25,339 bases of DNA from Octopus sinensis. Its lineage: Eukaryota. The position numbers and the translations under genes were made by a program. The notes under the pieces were generated by a model. It ran no database searches. It had not been told where the DNA came from and saw only the letters and a program-made list of their open reading frames with translations. The DNA is taken from positions 1 through 25,339 of the forward strand of contig NW_021836104.1 in the NCBI RefSeq assembly GCF_006345805.1. Reading direction: 5' to 3'. Shown one piece after another: positions 9,976 to 20,665 of this stretch; position 1 is the stretch's first letter; each line of letters opens with the position of its first letter.

Positions 9976-10209
9976 AAGGCGGCGAGCTGGCAGAAACGTT
10001 ATCAAGTCGGGCGAAATGCGTAGCCGTATTTCGTCTACCGTTACGTTCTGAGTTCAAATTCCGCCGAGGTCGACTTTGCCTTTCATCCTTTCGGGGTCGA
10101 TGAATTAAGTACCAGTTACGCACTGGGGTCGATGTAATCGACTTAATCCATGTGTCTGTCCTTGATTGTCCCCTCTGTGTTTAGCCCCGTGTGGGTAGTA
10201 AAGAAATAG
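9976..10209 (+). mobile_element. Full-length tRNA-derived SINE family B (Meta-domain-like) with TSD
   Basis: Head ggcggcgagctggcaga...gagttcaaatt; central gtcgactttgcctttcatcctttcggggtcgat..aagtacc; 16-bp TSD gtattctcagatttta at 9958-9973 and 10210-10225. Confidence 0.92.
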
Positions 10210-10369
10210 GTATTCTCAGATTTTACTGAATGAAATATCTAGCATGTGACAACTGTTATCAAAGAAGGAAGCACTCTCACCTGGCTGATCCATATTTACT
10301 TTTATGTTTTGTTTTAGCGGTTTTAGCCAGAGACGAGTGCCATGCTGGAGCACCATATTCCATTGTATT

Positions 10370-10945
10370 TGTATTTCTTTTCTGTACCGTTTTTACTGAT
10401 CTTCTTTGTACCTTCTATCGTGATGTTCGTTCATCTGCTATTTCATATCAGAATGTGTCCAGGTGCTCTTTGATGAACTCCACACCTACACATCGTAAAT
10501 CACTGAGTTGTGGACCTTTCAACCTAAAGCTGTCACAGTACGGGGTTCTTTTTCAAGATGGAAAACGAGGGATCTTTGATACTATGTAGTATCGTCCAGT
10601 TTGCTTGTTGTTATAGATTTCAATTCCAAAGTTAGGAGCTAGAAATTTCAAAACATGCCCTATGTATATTACTACATATCGTTCACGCCTTTCCCTCTAG
10701 AGAGTTGATCTTCAGTTCCCTTAGCCTCTTTTAATTGTTCATTTGTTCCACCGAGTCAGTCTTCTTTGTGTAATGGTACTGGGATGCTTCAAACTCCGCC
10801 ACTAGGTTGACGCATTGTGGCAACTAAACTTGGGAGCAGTAATCCAGAAGACTGAGATTTCAACTGGAGGATCATAATATATTTTTCGCTGGTTTTAAAT
10901 GATCTCAGCCACTTGTGTACACTGTGTTGCCTCACTGAAGTTGGC
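10370..10945 (-). mobile_element. CR1-clade LINE ORF2 C-terminal remnant
   Basis: Minus strand WLRSFKTSEK...LSLLDYCSQV*LP...EFEASQYHYTKKT...*KRLRELKINSLE/RRERYVVIYI...LAPN matches the LDYCSQxWSP...LE.VQR..TK...RLKELxLYSLERRRER pattern; stops and frameshifts present. Confidence 0.85.
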
Positions 10946-12634
10946 GCCAAACATATTTTAGCGCCTGGTATTCTTTCTCAATTATACAAACTTAACCCAG
11001 CTTCTCAACTCAAATTATTTTATTTTCACTGTCTTTTTCTAAAGATTTATCGCTTATCTATTTAAAGAAATGCTCTAGTGTGGCTTTGTTGATGGCCTTA
11101 TGACCCATACGCGTATGAAATCTGGCTATGAATTCACCCTCTTATTTGTTGTCCAAATAAGAGGGTTAACACAAATTTCACATCTTGGTATTTTTTCCGA
11201 ACCAAATTCTAAATTTTAGATTTTTAATTCACCTGAAGAAAACATATTTTTTCAAGATATAATTGGTTTATTCACCAATGGTATAAAAAAAAAATGTGCC
11301 TGAAAATCTATGGAGAGAAGGGACGGGTAGGAGTGAAGAGAGGAAGCAAGTGTCAGATGAAGAGAGGAGAGAAGAGGAGTCAGATGAAAAGAGGTGGGGG
11401 GTTGAGCCTATGTGACGCAAAGGTGTGATGAGAAAAGATTAATTACTGTTCACGGGGAAGCAGGGGTCCGGATGGTCCCTGTGCAAAAACAATCCGAACA
11501 CAGACAGGTGCTGTAATGAATAACCGGTAAAGCGGAAATGGTAAGAGACCGGGGTGTCATTGCCGAATGATATTTCAGAGGTGCTCCACGAACCGGTCAG
11601 CCAAGCGGCGTCCTGTTTGACCGATATACAAAGAAGGTCAGAAAGAGTGGGAGATGCAGTAAATGACGTTACTAGAAGTGCAGGAAAAGGAGTCAGTGAT
11701 ATGATTGGGACAATGGTAGGTGCCTATGAAGATGGTGGTGTTGAAGAGGTATGGGAAAGAGCCATGTTGGAAGGTGAGGTTAGGGACGAAACTGTGGACC
11801 AGGAAGTCACGTAGGCTGTGGGTTCATTTGAAGGTTGGAGAAGATGTGTGAGGTGATGAGGACGGACTGGAGTCACCGGAAGGCTTGGAGAACGGAGCAT
11901 TGGAGGGGCAGAGTGGAGGGTGGTAAGTGAGGGGAAACGGGAGACGGGGAAGGGCAGCATAAGTTGAAAGAGAGCAGAGACAAGGTCCACGGAACATGCT
12001 CTGGAGATTGCTCTGTGACTAGTGGTGAGGGGGTATCCACGAAGGATGAAATGTCGAGCCATGAGTTGAGACTGAGTGATGGTTGTCACTACAGAGCCTG
12101 CGCAGAATGAGGAATTGGGAGTGGGGGATGGAAAGCTTGGTGTGGGTAGGGTGGGAGTAGAAGAAATTGATGTATGAGTGTGAGTCGGTTTGTTTGTAGT
12201 GGGTGGAGGTAGTGAGAGCTGAGTGGTGTAAGTTGACCGAAATGTCGAGAAAAGCGATGGAAGTGTTGGAAATATTCAGGAAAAGTGGAGGGCAGGATGG
12301 AAGGATTGGACAAAAGAGAGTAAGGAATCTAGAGGTTCGCGGGAGGGTCAGATCGCACCGATGCAGTCATCAATATAACGACCGTATATTTCGGAGGTGG
12401 GACCAGTGAATCTTGAAAATATTTGGGCCTCAACGTAGCCAACGAACAAGTTCTCATATTTTGGGCACATTCTCTTTCCAATGGCCACTCCCGAGACTTG
12501 TTGGTAAAACTCTACTGCGCATGAGAAGCAGTTGAGGGAGAGAACAACTTTCTTCCAGACGAAGAAGTGTGGACGTATAAAGTTGGGAGTTTGATTGAAG
12601 GTCTAGGAATTGTTTGAGAACAAGAAGCCCTTCT

Positions 12635-12887
12635 GTTCTATATTTAAGAGATGAGGAATTATGTACATCGTTTGCATTATTTACAATTCACGGATGCTTG
12701 TTCTCATCTTGTTTGTTGCTAATACAAGGTTTCGGCTGATTATACACTCCAACCTTCATCAGGTGTCTTGGGGAAATTTCGAACCTGGGTTCTCATTCGT
12801 AAGGTATTTTTCGATGTTGTTATTATTATTATTCTTATTATTCAGTCACTGCCTAAAATCGAGCTCGGAATCTTGGGGTTAGTAGCC
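12635..12887 (-). mobile_element. 5'-truncated tRNA-headed SINE-like element carrying a hammerhead ribozyme (family C)
   Basis: Minus strand ggctactaaccccaagattccgagctcgattt (anticodon-arm and T-arm-like), (AAT)n spacer, second B-box-like ccaggttcgaaat, hammerhead, pLTR-like tail ending ctcttaaatatagaac; PLE RT codons on both flanks. Confidence 0.75.
12721..12767 (-). ncRNA. Minimal type-I hammerhead ribozyme (degenerate)
   Basis: Minus strand gacac CTGATGA a ggttg-gagtgtataat-cagcc GAAA cctt gtatt; stem II intact; stem III reads ACCT instead of palindromic ACGT; one stem I mismatch. Confidence 0.7.
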
Positions 12888-13375
12888 ACTAGGGGGGCTC
12901 GACCATGTTCTTTCATGGTCGAGGCATTTCGAGATCAGTTCCGTGGGACAGTTACAGGCGGAGACGATTGGGCGGCCTGGGTTGTTGAGCTTGTGGATTT
13001 TGGGAAGGAAATAAATGGTTGGGGTGCGAGGACTGCGGACAATGAAGTTAGAGGCAGAGGGGGTACGGGAGGAGGAGATGAGGTCATGGATAGTGGAAGA
13101 AAATGTCTGTTGGTAGCTAGGCGTAGAAGTATGTGTGTTGAAGTTGCCGGGGAACTTCTGCCTTGTAGATATCTAGGCGTCACACCAACACGGCTCCACT
13201 CTTGTTGGATGGTTTTAGGATAATGTCTTTGCGGCGTCGGAGACATCGAAGGGCGGAGAGATCGGCCGGGGAGATGTTCAGATGTCGGGGACGCCTGCGA
13301 AAGTTTGAGATAAACATATAATGCGATATACATCTATAATTTCACTTCACATATCTCCGATCAGTTTATGTGTGT

Positions 13376-13409
<34 letters not shown>

Positions 13410-13687
13410 GTGCGCGCGCGCGCGCGAGGGTGTGTGTGCATGTATAAATATATACATACATAAATACATATATACCTATGGGTTAGCACGCATCGAAGAT
13501 ATATATCATGAAAAACTAGATATATGAAATACATGGGCTTGCATGTGCATCGTGTGTAGCATAGAATACTTGTTATTCATATTGAAATACACACTGACCT
13601 CCTCTTGCTATGCAAATATGCACAGACACTCACCAATAAACATAGACACAAAAGCAAATACGCCTACATTACGACACTCACATATAT

Positions 13688-13878
13688 ATCTGTGAATCTG
13701 GAATTGATACAGAGATGCAAAGACTCTCATCAGAAAACAATTATCCGAGGCGAGTATATGTTTGCTATGACTGGTCCGTAATAATATCATGGTTTGCTGG
13801 CTTCTAAATGCTTCATATTTCCAAACTATAGCCAGTTCAGTTTGTTTACAGGGGTTAGCAAATGATTTTGTGTTTATA
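13688..13878 (+). pseudogene. GABA-B-like pseudogene, distal Venus-flytrap segment (tentative)
   Basis: ESGI...YVCYDWSVII (cf ISG...AYDGIWVIA), then LLNAS and FQTIASSVCLQGLANDFVF (cf YRAMNSSSFEGVSGHVVF); lies in the correct order between the 150-905 and 14181 segments. Confidence 0.45.
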
Positions 13879-14180
13879 TGTAATTGCATGTGTAGATGTT
13901 TATATATATGTCTGTGTGTGTGTGTACATACACATACATACGTGTTTGTAAATGTGCACATATATATAAGCCCGAGTCTGCAGGATATACGCCTATAACA
14001 CACATGCATACATACACATATACATACGTACACACACACAACACACACATATATATATGTATATATACGTAAGGGAATCAGACAAATGATGTAACCTTAT
14101 GACATGCCTGAGAGTAGCTGCCATAATATCTAAACAATACAAATAGACCAATCGGTATTTAATATGTATTTCTATTTCAG

Positions 14181-14299
14181 TTGGCTGAGAAAACTTTCGC
14201 TACTCGCTACAGTAATATTTATTTGTTGTTGGTCAATAATTCATTTGACCCCAAATACCTTTAAAGTGGTTCATATTTCTTGTTCTTATCATTATCAAA
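14181..14299 (+). pseudogene. GABA-B-like pseudogene exon encoding TM1
   Basis: Acceptor tttctatttcag|, donor |gtaagt at 14300. WLRKLSLLATVIFICCWSIIHLTPNTFKVVHISCSYHYQ aligns without gaps to GABBR2 [37 protein letters not shown] (LRK.SL, I11, F26, H/N-I). Confidence 0.7.
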
Positions 14300-14352
14300 G
14301 TAAGTACTTTGATTACGTTTTTATTATAACTATTATAATTATTAGTGTAGTT

Positions 14353-14565
14353 AAGGCGTCGAACTGAAAGAAGCGCTGCCACCCTTCACACACTACTTTG
14401 CGTCATGATACGTTCTAAATCAAATTCCTGCAATGTTCGACGTTTCCTTTGGATTATTTATGAATTGTTAAGAATAAGTACCAGTTAAGTTCTACAGTCG
14501 ATCTAATCAACTTTCCGCTCACCTAAAATGCTAGTGTATCCCTTCAAAAAATTTGAAATCATTAT
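14353..14565 (+). mobile_element. Old degenerate SINE family B copy
   Basis: aaggcgtcgaactg...tacgttct..tcaaattc...aataagtaccagtt...gtcgatctaatcaact...aaaatttgaaa is colinear with the 9976 copy. Confidence 0.7.
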
Positions 14566-14573
14566 TTATCATT

Positions 14574-14785
14574 CTTTTTTTTTTTACTTGTTTCAGTCTT
14601 TCGACTGCGGCCATGCTGGAGCACCGCCTTTAGTCGAGCAAATCGACCCCGGGAATTATTCTTTGTAAGCCCAGTACTTATCCTATCGGTCTCTTTTGCC
14701 GAACCGCTAAGTAACGGGGACATAAACACACCAGCATCGGTTGTCAAACAATGCTAGGGGGACAAACACAGACACACAAACACAT

Positions 14786-14848
<63 letters not shown>

Positions 14849-15007
14849 TACGGCAGGCTTCTTTTAGTTTTCGTCTACCAAATCCACTCACAAGGCATTG
14901 GTCGGCCCGGGCCTATAGCAGAAGACACTTGCCCAAGATGTCACGCAGTGGGACTGAACCCGGAACGATGTGGTTTGTTAGCAAGCCACTTACCACACAG
15001 CCACTCC
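14574..15007 (-). mobile_element. SINE family A, near full length
   Basis: Reverse complement of the 24680 copy; internal (CA)n(TA)n. Confidence 0.95.
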
Positions 15008-15030
15008 AATCAATATTAAGGTGGCCACAT

Positions 15031-15090
15031 AAGGCGACGAGCTGGCAAGCTGGGAAGATGATTCGGTGAAATTCGTCTGTCTTTACGTTC
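15031..15090 (+). mobile_element. 5' fragment of SINE family B
   Basis: aaggcgacgagctggca...ttcgtctgtctttacgttct. Confidence 0.65.
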
Positions 15091-15419
15091 TTATTTCTCC
15101 GGGATACCTAAATGGGATGGTTTATGTCAACATTGAGGAGACTGGTGCATCAATAGAGAAATCAGGGAAGTGGGGTCTGAAACGCTTGAGGGTGTTACTG
15201 CGCAAGGTTTGGAAAGGGAACGGGTATGCGAAGCCGAAAATGGCTGCCATTAAAGTGATGTCATTTTTCGCATGTGATGTAGTGTTGTTGCAAAACTTAA
15301 TCTCTGCATATTAATTTCCATTATGTCATTTATATTGTATTAAAATTTCATGCCTTCATTTGTAAGTTAAGGTAGTTATTAAAAACTGAAACCCATCAAT
15401 GAGTTTTGGGACACCTTGT
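15091..15419 (+). mobile_element. Tc1/mariner-superfamily transposon 3' end (transposase C-terminus plus TIR)
   Basis: GYLNGMVYVN..IEE../EIREVGSETLEGV...RVCEAENGCH*SDVIF matches WGYLKxxVY...C....G.H; ends in ttttgggacaccttg, the reverse complement of a CAGGGTGTCCCAAAA-type TIR. Confidence 0.75.
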
Positions 15420-15595
15420 GTATACATAACTTTATGTATGAGCTTCCTAGTGGGTAACGGTATTTTAACCCTTATTTCTAGCAATGTAGGTGCTATCGTG
15501 TACCGTCAGTCATACTTAGTAACAATTGAATTTTTCCATTCTGGCTTTATATTGCGTACAGCCGCATCCCTTTTTGTGTATGTATATATATATAT

Positions 15596-16023
15596 ACTCT
15601 TTTACTCTTTTACTCTTTTACTTGTTTCAGTCATTTGACTGCGGCCATGCTGGAGCACCGCCTTTAGTCGAGCAAATCGACCCCGGGACTTATTCTTTGT
15701 AAGCCCAGTACTTATTCTATCGGTCTCTTTAGCCGAACCACTAAGTGACAGGGACGTAAACACACCAGCATCGGTTGTCAAGCAATGATAGGGGGACAAA
15801 CACAGTCACACAAACACACACACGTACACACACTTATATATATATATATATACATATATACGACAGGCTTCTTTCAGTGTCCGTCTACCAAATCCACTCA
15901 CAAGGCATTGGTCGACCCGGGGCTATAGCAGAAGACACTTGCTCAAGATGACACGCAGTGGGACTGAACCCGGAACCATGTGGTTGGTTAGCAGGCTACT
16001 TACCACACAGCCACTCCTGCGCC
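15596..16023 (-). mobile_element. SINE family A, full length, inside (TA)n
   Basis: Head ggcgcaggagtggctgtgtgg, tail (GAGTAAAA)n; TA runs on both flanks. Confidence 0.95.
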
Positions 16024-16085
16024 TATTATACATATATATATATATTATATATATATATCTATATATAATATATACATGACTGGTG

Positions 16086-16168
<83 letters not shown>

Positions 16169-16301
16169 ACTTGCTACTGCTAGCTACTACTGCTGCTATT
16201 GCTACTGCTGCTACTACTACTACTACTACTACTACAAATAATAATAATAGTAATGATAATAATAATAATAATAATAATAATATAATAATAATAATAATAA
16301 T
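16086..16301. repeat. (CTA)n/(CTG)n/(AAT)n compound microsatellite
   Basis: Direct inspection. Confidence 0.95.
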
Positions 16302-16849
16302 AAATGCCCTGATGCAGTACCAGGCAGTGGCTCTCATGGCTTCTGATCTTAACTGATTGGAAGTGTTATCATGTACATTGTTTTGTCTTGGTATAAAAGA
16401 TGGGCTACAGCAAATATTCTGCTCAATACCATAGATTTGCCTGTCAGTTGTTTGACCTTAACCAGTTGAGCATGCCCCTTAGTGGCTGACGATATGTGCA
16501 TCTCTGATCACGAGCAGAAGTAGTGGGGGAGCATCATAGCCATGTGTTGAGAGGGATTCTTTGGGGTTTGAATAGTTCACCTCTGGAAACATGGGTGGTT
16601 CTTTCAACATCCTTAAACAACCCTTATTCAGGGACCGTTTGAGCGGGATGGGCTACTCAACCTGAAGAAAATTCTAACCTGCAAGGTCATGTGGTGTTTA
16701 TCTTGATATGAGATCACCATGTCGCGCACATATGGTTGTGATGCATGTGCCTGGTTTACCTTTATCAGACGGGTAGTCATGATGGCTATATTGGGCTTCG
16801 TATATTTTACCCCAGTGTCACTTTGATGGCATGCACTGCTCTCTCACTC

Positions 16850-16890
<41 letters not shown>
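16302..16890 (+). mobile_element. Non-coding retroposon 3' portion embedded in (AAT)n (possibly Dong/R4-related)
   Basis: About 550 bp flanked on both sides by (AAT)n; the same 3' end (...ccccagtgtcactttgatggcatg..ctgctctctcactc(AAT)n) recurs 5'-truncated at 18836. Clade assignment is inferred from the (TAA)n target only. Confidence 0.75.
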
Positions 16891-16984
16891 GTTCTTCCCC
16901 TGAAAGTATCAGTGATGAAAATAGACATGACGATAAGAATGATGATAATGATGACGACGATGATGATGATTTTCTTCCTCTTGA

Positions 16985-17028
<44 letters not shown>

Positions 17029-17339
17029 GTGGAATAAATAATTAAGTAATTTTACGCTGACGGCTGTGAAGGAGAATATCGGTCAACGCAGGATATCAAG
17101 CTGAATAATGGTGTGAATAAGATATCAAGTAAACACATACGCACGCACACACATGCATATACATACACACACAGATACACACACAGAGACACACACGTAC
17201 ACGAACAGAAGCATACTCACGCCATCTCCATGAAACATCGCGTTACACACACATACGCACATATCATATATATCTATATACGAAAATATAACTGTACGCG
17301 TGTGTATGTGTATATATAAAATCGCGTAATCTATTCACA

Positions 17340-17409
17340 GCTGTCTCTTTCTCTCCATTTCTTTCTCTCTATTTCTATCTCCCTCTCTTTCTCCCTCTCT
17401 CTCTCTGTA

Positions 17410-17460
<51 letters not shown>

Positions 17461-17799
17461 CATATACTTATATGAATATACACTTACACATACGCAACTG
17501 ATCATAAAGGTGTACAAGTGTATACATCTATATAAATACATATACAAATACATGTACGTATGTATATATATACATACACAAACATACATATAAATATATA
17601 TATACATACACACGCACATATAAATATATATATACATAAACACGCGCATATATATATATATATATACACATAGACACGCAAATACACACAACCCTCTCCC
17701 TCACTTTCTCTCTTTCTTTGACTTGCTCTCACTCTCTCTCTGTCTTTGTATATATATAATACATACATACATACATACATACATACATACATACATACA

Positions 17800-17835
<36 letters not shown>

Positions 17836-17865
17836 TATATATATGTATGTATGTATGTATATACA
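17340..17865. repeat. Compound (CT)n/(CA)n/(TA)n/(ACAT)n microsatellites
   Basis: Direct inspection. Confidence 0.9.
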
Positions 17866-17919
17866 TGAACGCTGCTTGAGACATCTAGACGTTCTAGGAA
17901 GATATATTATGCTGTGCAG

Positions 17920-18252
17920 TGATACATAAGAAGAATCAATGGCAGCGAGAGGAAATTGCCTTCAGCATCAGCAACGAAGCATAAATCTCACTTTTTCCAC
18001 CATATTGTTTATATGGACGTCTCCAGGCAGACGACATTCAACATGTTTGTGGCTTTCGACAAATACGTTTCGTTAGCTTCCTCTCTTTTGCCTAAAGTTT
18101 CAGTGAACCATATTGCTATTGACTTTACGAACCAATGCCATTTTTTATGTTTATTTTAAAGTTGTTCAATAAAGAGAATTAAGCAGAAGTTAGTTTCTCT
18201 TTCAATGTTTTAATTTTATGTTACAAACTATTATTGGTATCTATTTGCCGAC
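17920..18252 (+). pseudogene. GABA-B-like pseudogene, TM2-TM4 remnant (tentative)
   Basis: STIL/LYG...DIQHVCGFR (cf SIFLFG...ETLCTVR) and LF*SCSIKRIKQKLV...WYLFAD (18151-18252; cf IFKNVKMKKKIIKDQKLL...WQAVDP); multiple stops. Confidence 0.45.
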
Positions 18253-18532
18253 ACACACTAACGAACAAACAAATGCACACTAACACAAACACTTACGTAC
18301 ACAAACGCACACTCACACATACACAAACACTCACATACACACACACAAACCCACTAATCTTTATACACTTGCAAACATACATACATAAATATACCTACCC
18401 ATTATTCTTATTTTTTATCTGTCACCCAGAGTGGAAACTCCATGTCATAATTTTTTTTCTGTGTAAAATATTATCCGCTGTTTACAAAATCCTCACTAAA
18501 AGGTTTTTATTTCACTGATTTATTTCTCCTAG

Positions 18533-18555
18533 ATGGATTCCCTCCCCTATGACTG
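18533..18555 (+). pseudogene. 23-nt micro-exon remnant preceding TM5
   Basis: Acceptor tttatttctcctag|, donor |gtaagc; tgg att ccc tcc cc tat ga ctg would read WIPSxYxL (cf WLGIVYAY) only if two single bases are restored. Confidence 0.45.
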
Positions 18556-18661
18556 GTAAGCAACAATGACCATTGACTATACCGATTATAATTATTTCAT
18601 TCACCCGTTGACGTCGTCTTGTTTTTCATACAGGATGATGTCCTAAAATCTCCCTTTGCAG

Positions 18662-18771
18662 AAAGGAACCTTGTTTGGGGTTGTTGGCTTAGTCGCCTGC
18701 TACCAGATAATGCGAGGAAATCGTGCTGGGTTACATGATATCAGTATTGCAAAAGCAAGCTTATATATACA
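18662..18771 (+). pseudogene. GABA-B-like pseudogene exon, TM5-ICL3-TM6
   Basis: Acceptor tctccctttgcag|, donor |gtaagt. Only open frame is KGTLFGVVGLVACYQIMRGNRAGLHDISIAKASLYI, versus [35 protein letters not shown] (one gap; G-x4-Y[QE]-x8-[LI][HN]D-x6-[SA][LI]Y conserved). Confidence 0.75.
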
Positions 18772-18786
18772 GTAAGTCATGTATAT

Positions 18787-18835
<49 letters not shown>

Positions 18836-18839
<4 letters not shown>

Positions 18840-18934
18840 ATGATGGGTATATTGGGGTTCGTATATTTTACCCCAGTGTCACTTTGATGGCATGAACTGC
18901 TCTCTCACTCAATAATAATAATAATAATAATAAT
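18836..18934 (+). mobile_element. 5'-truncated copy of the (AAT)n-tailed retroposon
   Basis: Near-identical to about 16775-16870. Confidence 0.85.
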
Positions 18935-19203
18935 ACAAGTAAAGAACGACGAAATGCCGGTAAGCATTCTCCCGACGCATTCAAGATTGTACCAGCTAGT
19001 CGCCGTGTGTATAATAACCACATGAAGACTATTGGTATAGGTATAGCGATAATATTTGGGAAAGCAGAAAACAGAGGATGTGTAAACCTAAAGCTACCAG
19101 AACGAGTAGCAGCAGTAGCATAAGATTTCTGCAATTGATTATGATCTATTTTCTTTATTATAAGGCCACGAGATCATGGGGCCATTAAACTGTCAATTTT
19201 CAG

Positions 19204-19440
19204 TGTTCGGATCTATCCCATCGATTTGTCGTAACTGTTCCTAAACAGAAACACAGACACCATTTCTTAAACATTCGGTACAGTATTTTGGCCGCCCATA
19301 CAAGCCCTATTTAAATACTGATGCGCCTTCATATTTCTGCATCACATGAGATGATATCCGTTTCAGAATCAAAGACAGTATCAGTGAATTCTACACATTT
19401 TGACGTCTGTCCGATGTTAATCCCTACGCTTCAGCATCAG
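19204..19440 (+). pseudogene. GABA-B-like pseudogene, TM6-TM7 and proximal C-tail remnant
   Basis: Acceptor ttttcag| is phase-compatible with the 18771 donor (ca|t). HVRIYPIDLS*LFLNRN is gapless vs VGIMCIIGAAVSFLTRD; then SILAAHTSPI*ILM (cf IVFSSYITLVVLFV) and SKTVSVN (cf SKTSTSVTSVN). Confidence 0.55.
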
Positions 19441-19539
19441 GTGTAAGCAGTGATATTTTATTAAGGACTACTCTTGGTATCAATTAATGAAAACCCCGGT
19501 GCTATTTTGTAACAGGTGCTGAGTACTAACGCGCAATGT

Positions 19540-19835
<296 letters not shown>

Positions 19836-20350
19836 ACCCCTTTATTAGATTTTAAGTTTAATTTCTATCTTTTTCCTATATATTGATTTAATTGTTCTTT
19901 TCCAAATTTAATATAATAAATTTGCTTAATTATGAATTACTACATGCCATATCCCTCAATTCTAATTCCGACACTTAGAGCTTATATTTCTCATATCTCA
20001 AGTTTTTCACAATGTTCTCCTTTTATTTGATAATCTAAATAAGTATTAGCAAACCCTATCCCTCCTTCTTCTAGTTATTACCTCTTGCCCATCAGTCATT
20101 CTCGCACTAGCAGCTCTGTGACATATTCTTTCATGTAGATAAAGCTGAATATACAGTCCCAATAAAATAAGGATCAGGGAGATTGTCTGATATTAATAAA
20201 TTTATCACCATCAACTAGAAAACAATTGATTTAATTCTAACTCGTTGTAGACTATATGCTACATAAAATCTTAAAAATAAAAAAAAAAACATGTAACTAT
20301 CACACCACCCCTATATCTTGACCCCGGCCCCTACATTACTTTCCTCTCCT

Positions 20351-20591
20351 ACTCTCTTTTACTCTTTTACTCTTTTACTTGTTTCAGTCATTTGACTGCG
20401 GCCATGCTGGTGCACCGCCTTTAATCGAGCAACTCGACCCCGGGACTTATTCTTTTGTAAGCCCAGTACTTATTCTATCGGTCTCTTTTGCCGAACCGCT
20501 AAGTGACGGGGACATAAACACACCAGCATCGGTTGTCAAGCAATGCTAGGGGGACAAACACAGACACACAAACACACACACGCATGTATAT

Positions 20592-20665
<74 letters not shown>

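Larger units (their letters stand above)
11380..13310 (-). mobile_element. Penelope-like retroelement (probably Neptune-type) RT plus GIY-YIG remnant, interrupted at about 12635-12887
   Basis: Minus strand NISPADLSAL..IILKPSNKSGAVLV (~13200); YFLPKIHK (12990-13013); PGRPIVSACNCPTE; FYQQVSGVAIG..P.YENLF; YGRYIDDC (YIDD 12366-12377); AFLDISV; NVIYCI (11653-11670); YIGQTGRRLADRFVEH (~11585-11628). Many stops and frameshifts. Confidence 0.93.

Noticed and set aside
11554-13223. Plus-strand ORFs of 68-151 aa
   Set aside because: Antisense shadows of the minus-strand Penelope-like RT/EN.
18868-19134. Minus-strand ORF with a hydrophobic segment
   Set aside because: Ends in (ATT)n and a retroposon fragment, lies antisense within an inferred intron, no family motif.
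19168-19207. DHGAIKLSIFSV resembling a second ND-x6-SVYNV motif
   Set aside because: Overlaps the acceptor region, and the 18662-18771 exon already supplies this motif with better context; likely chance.
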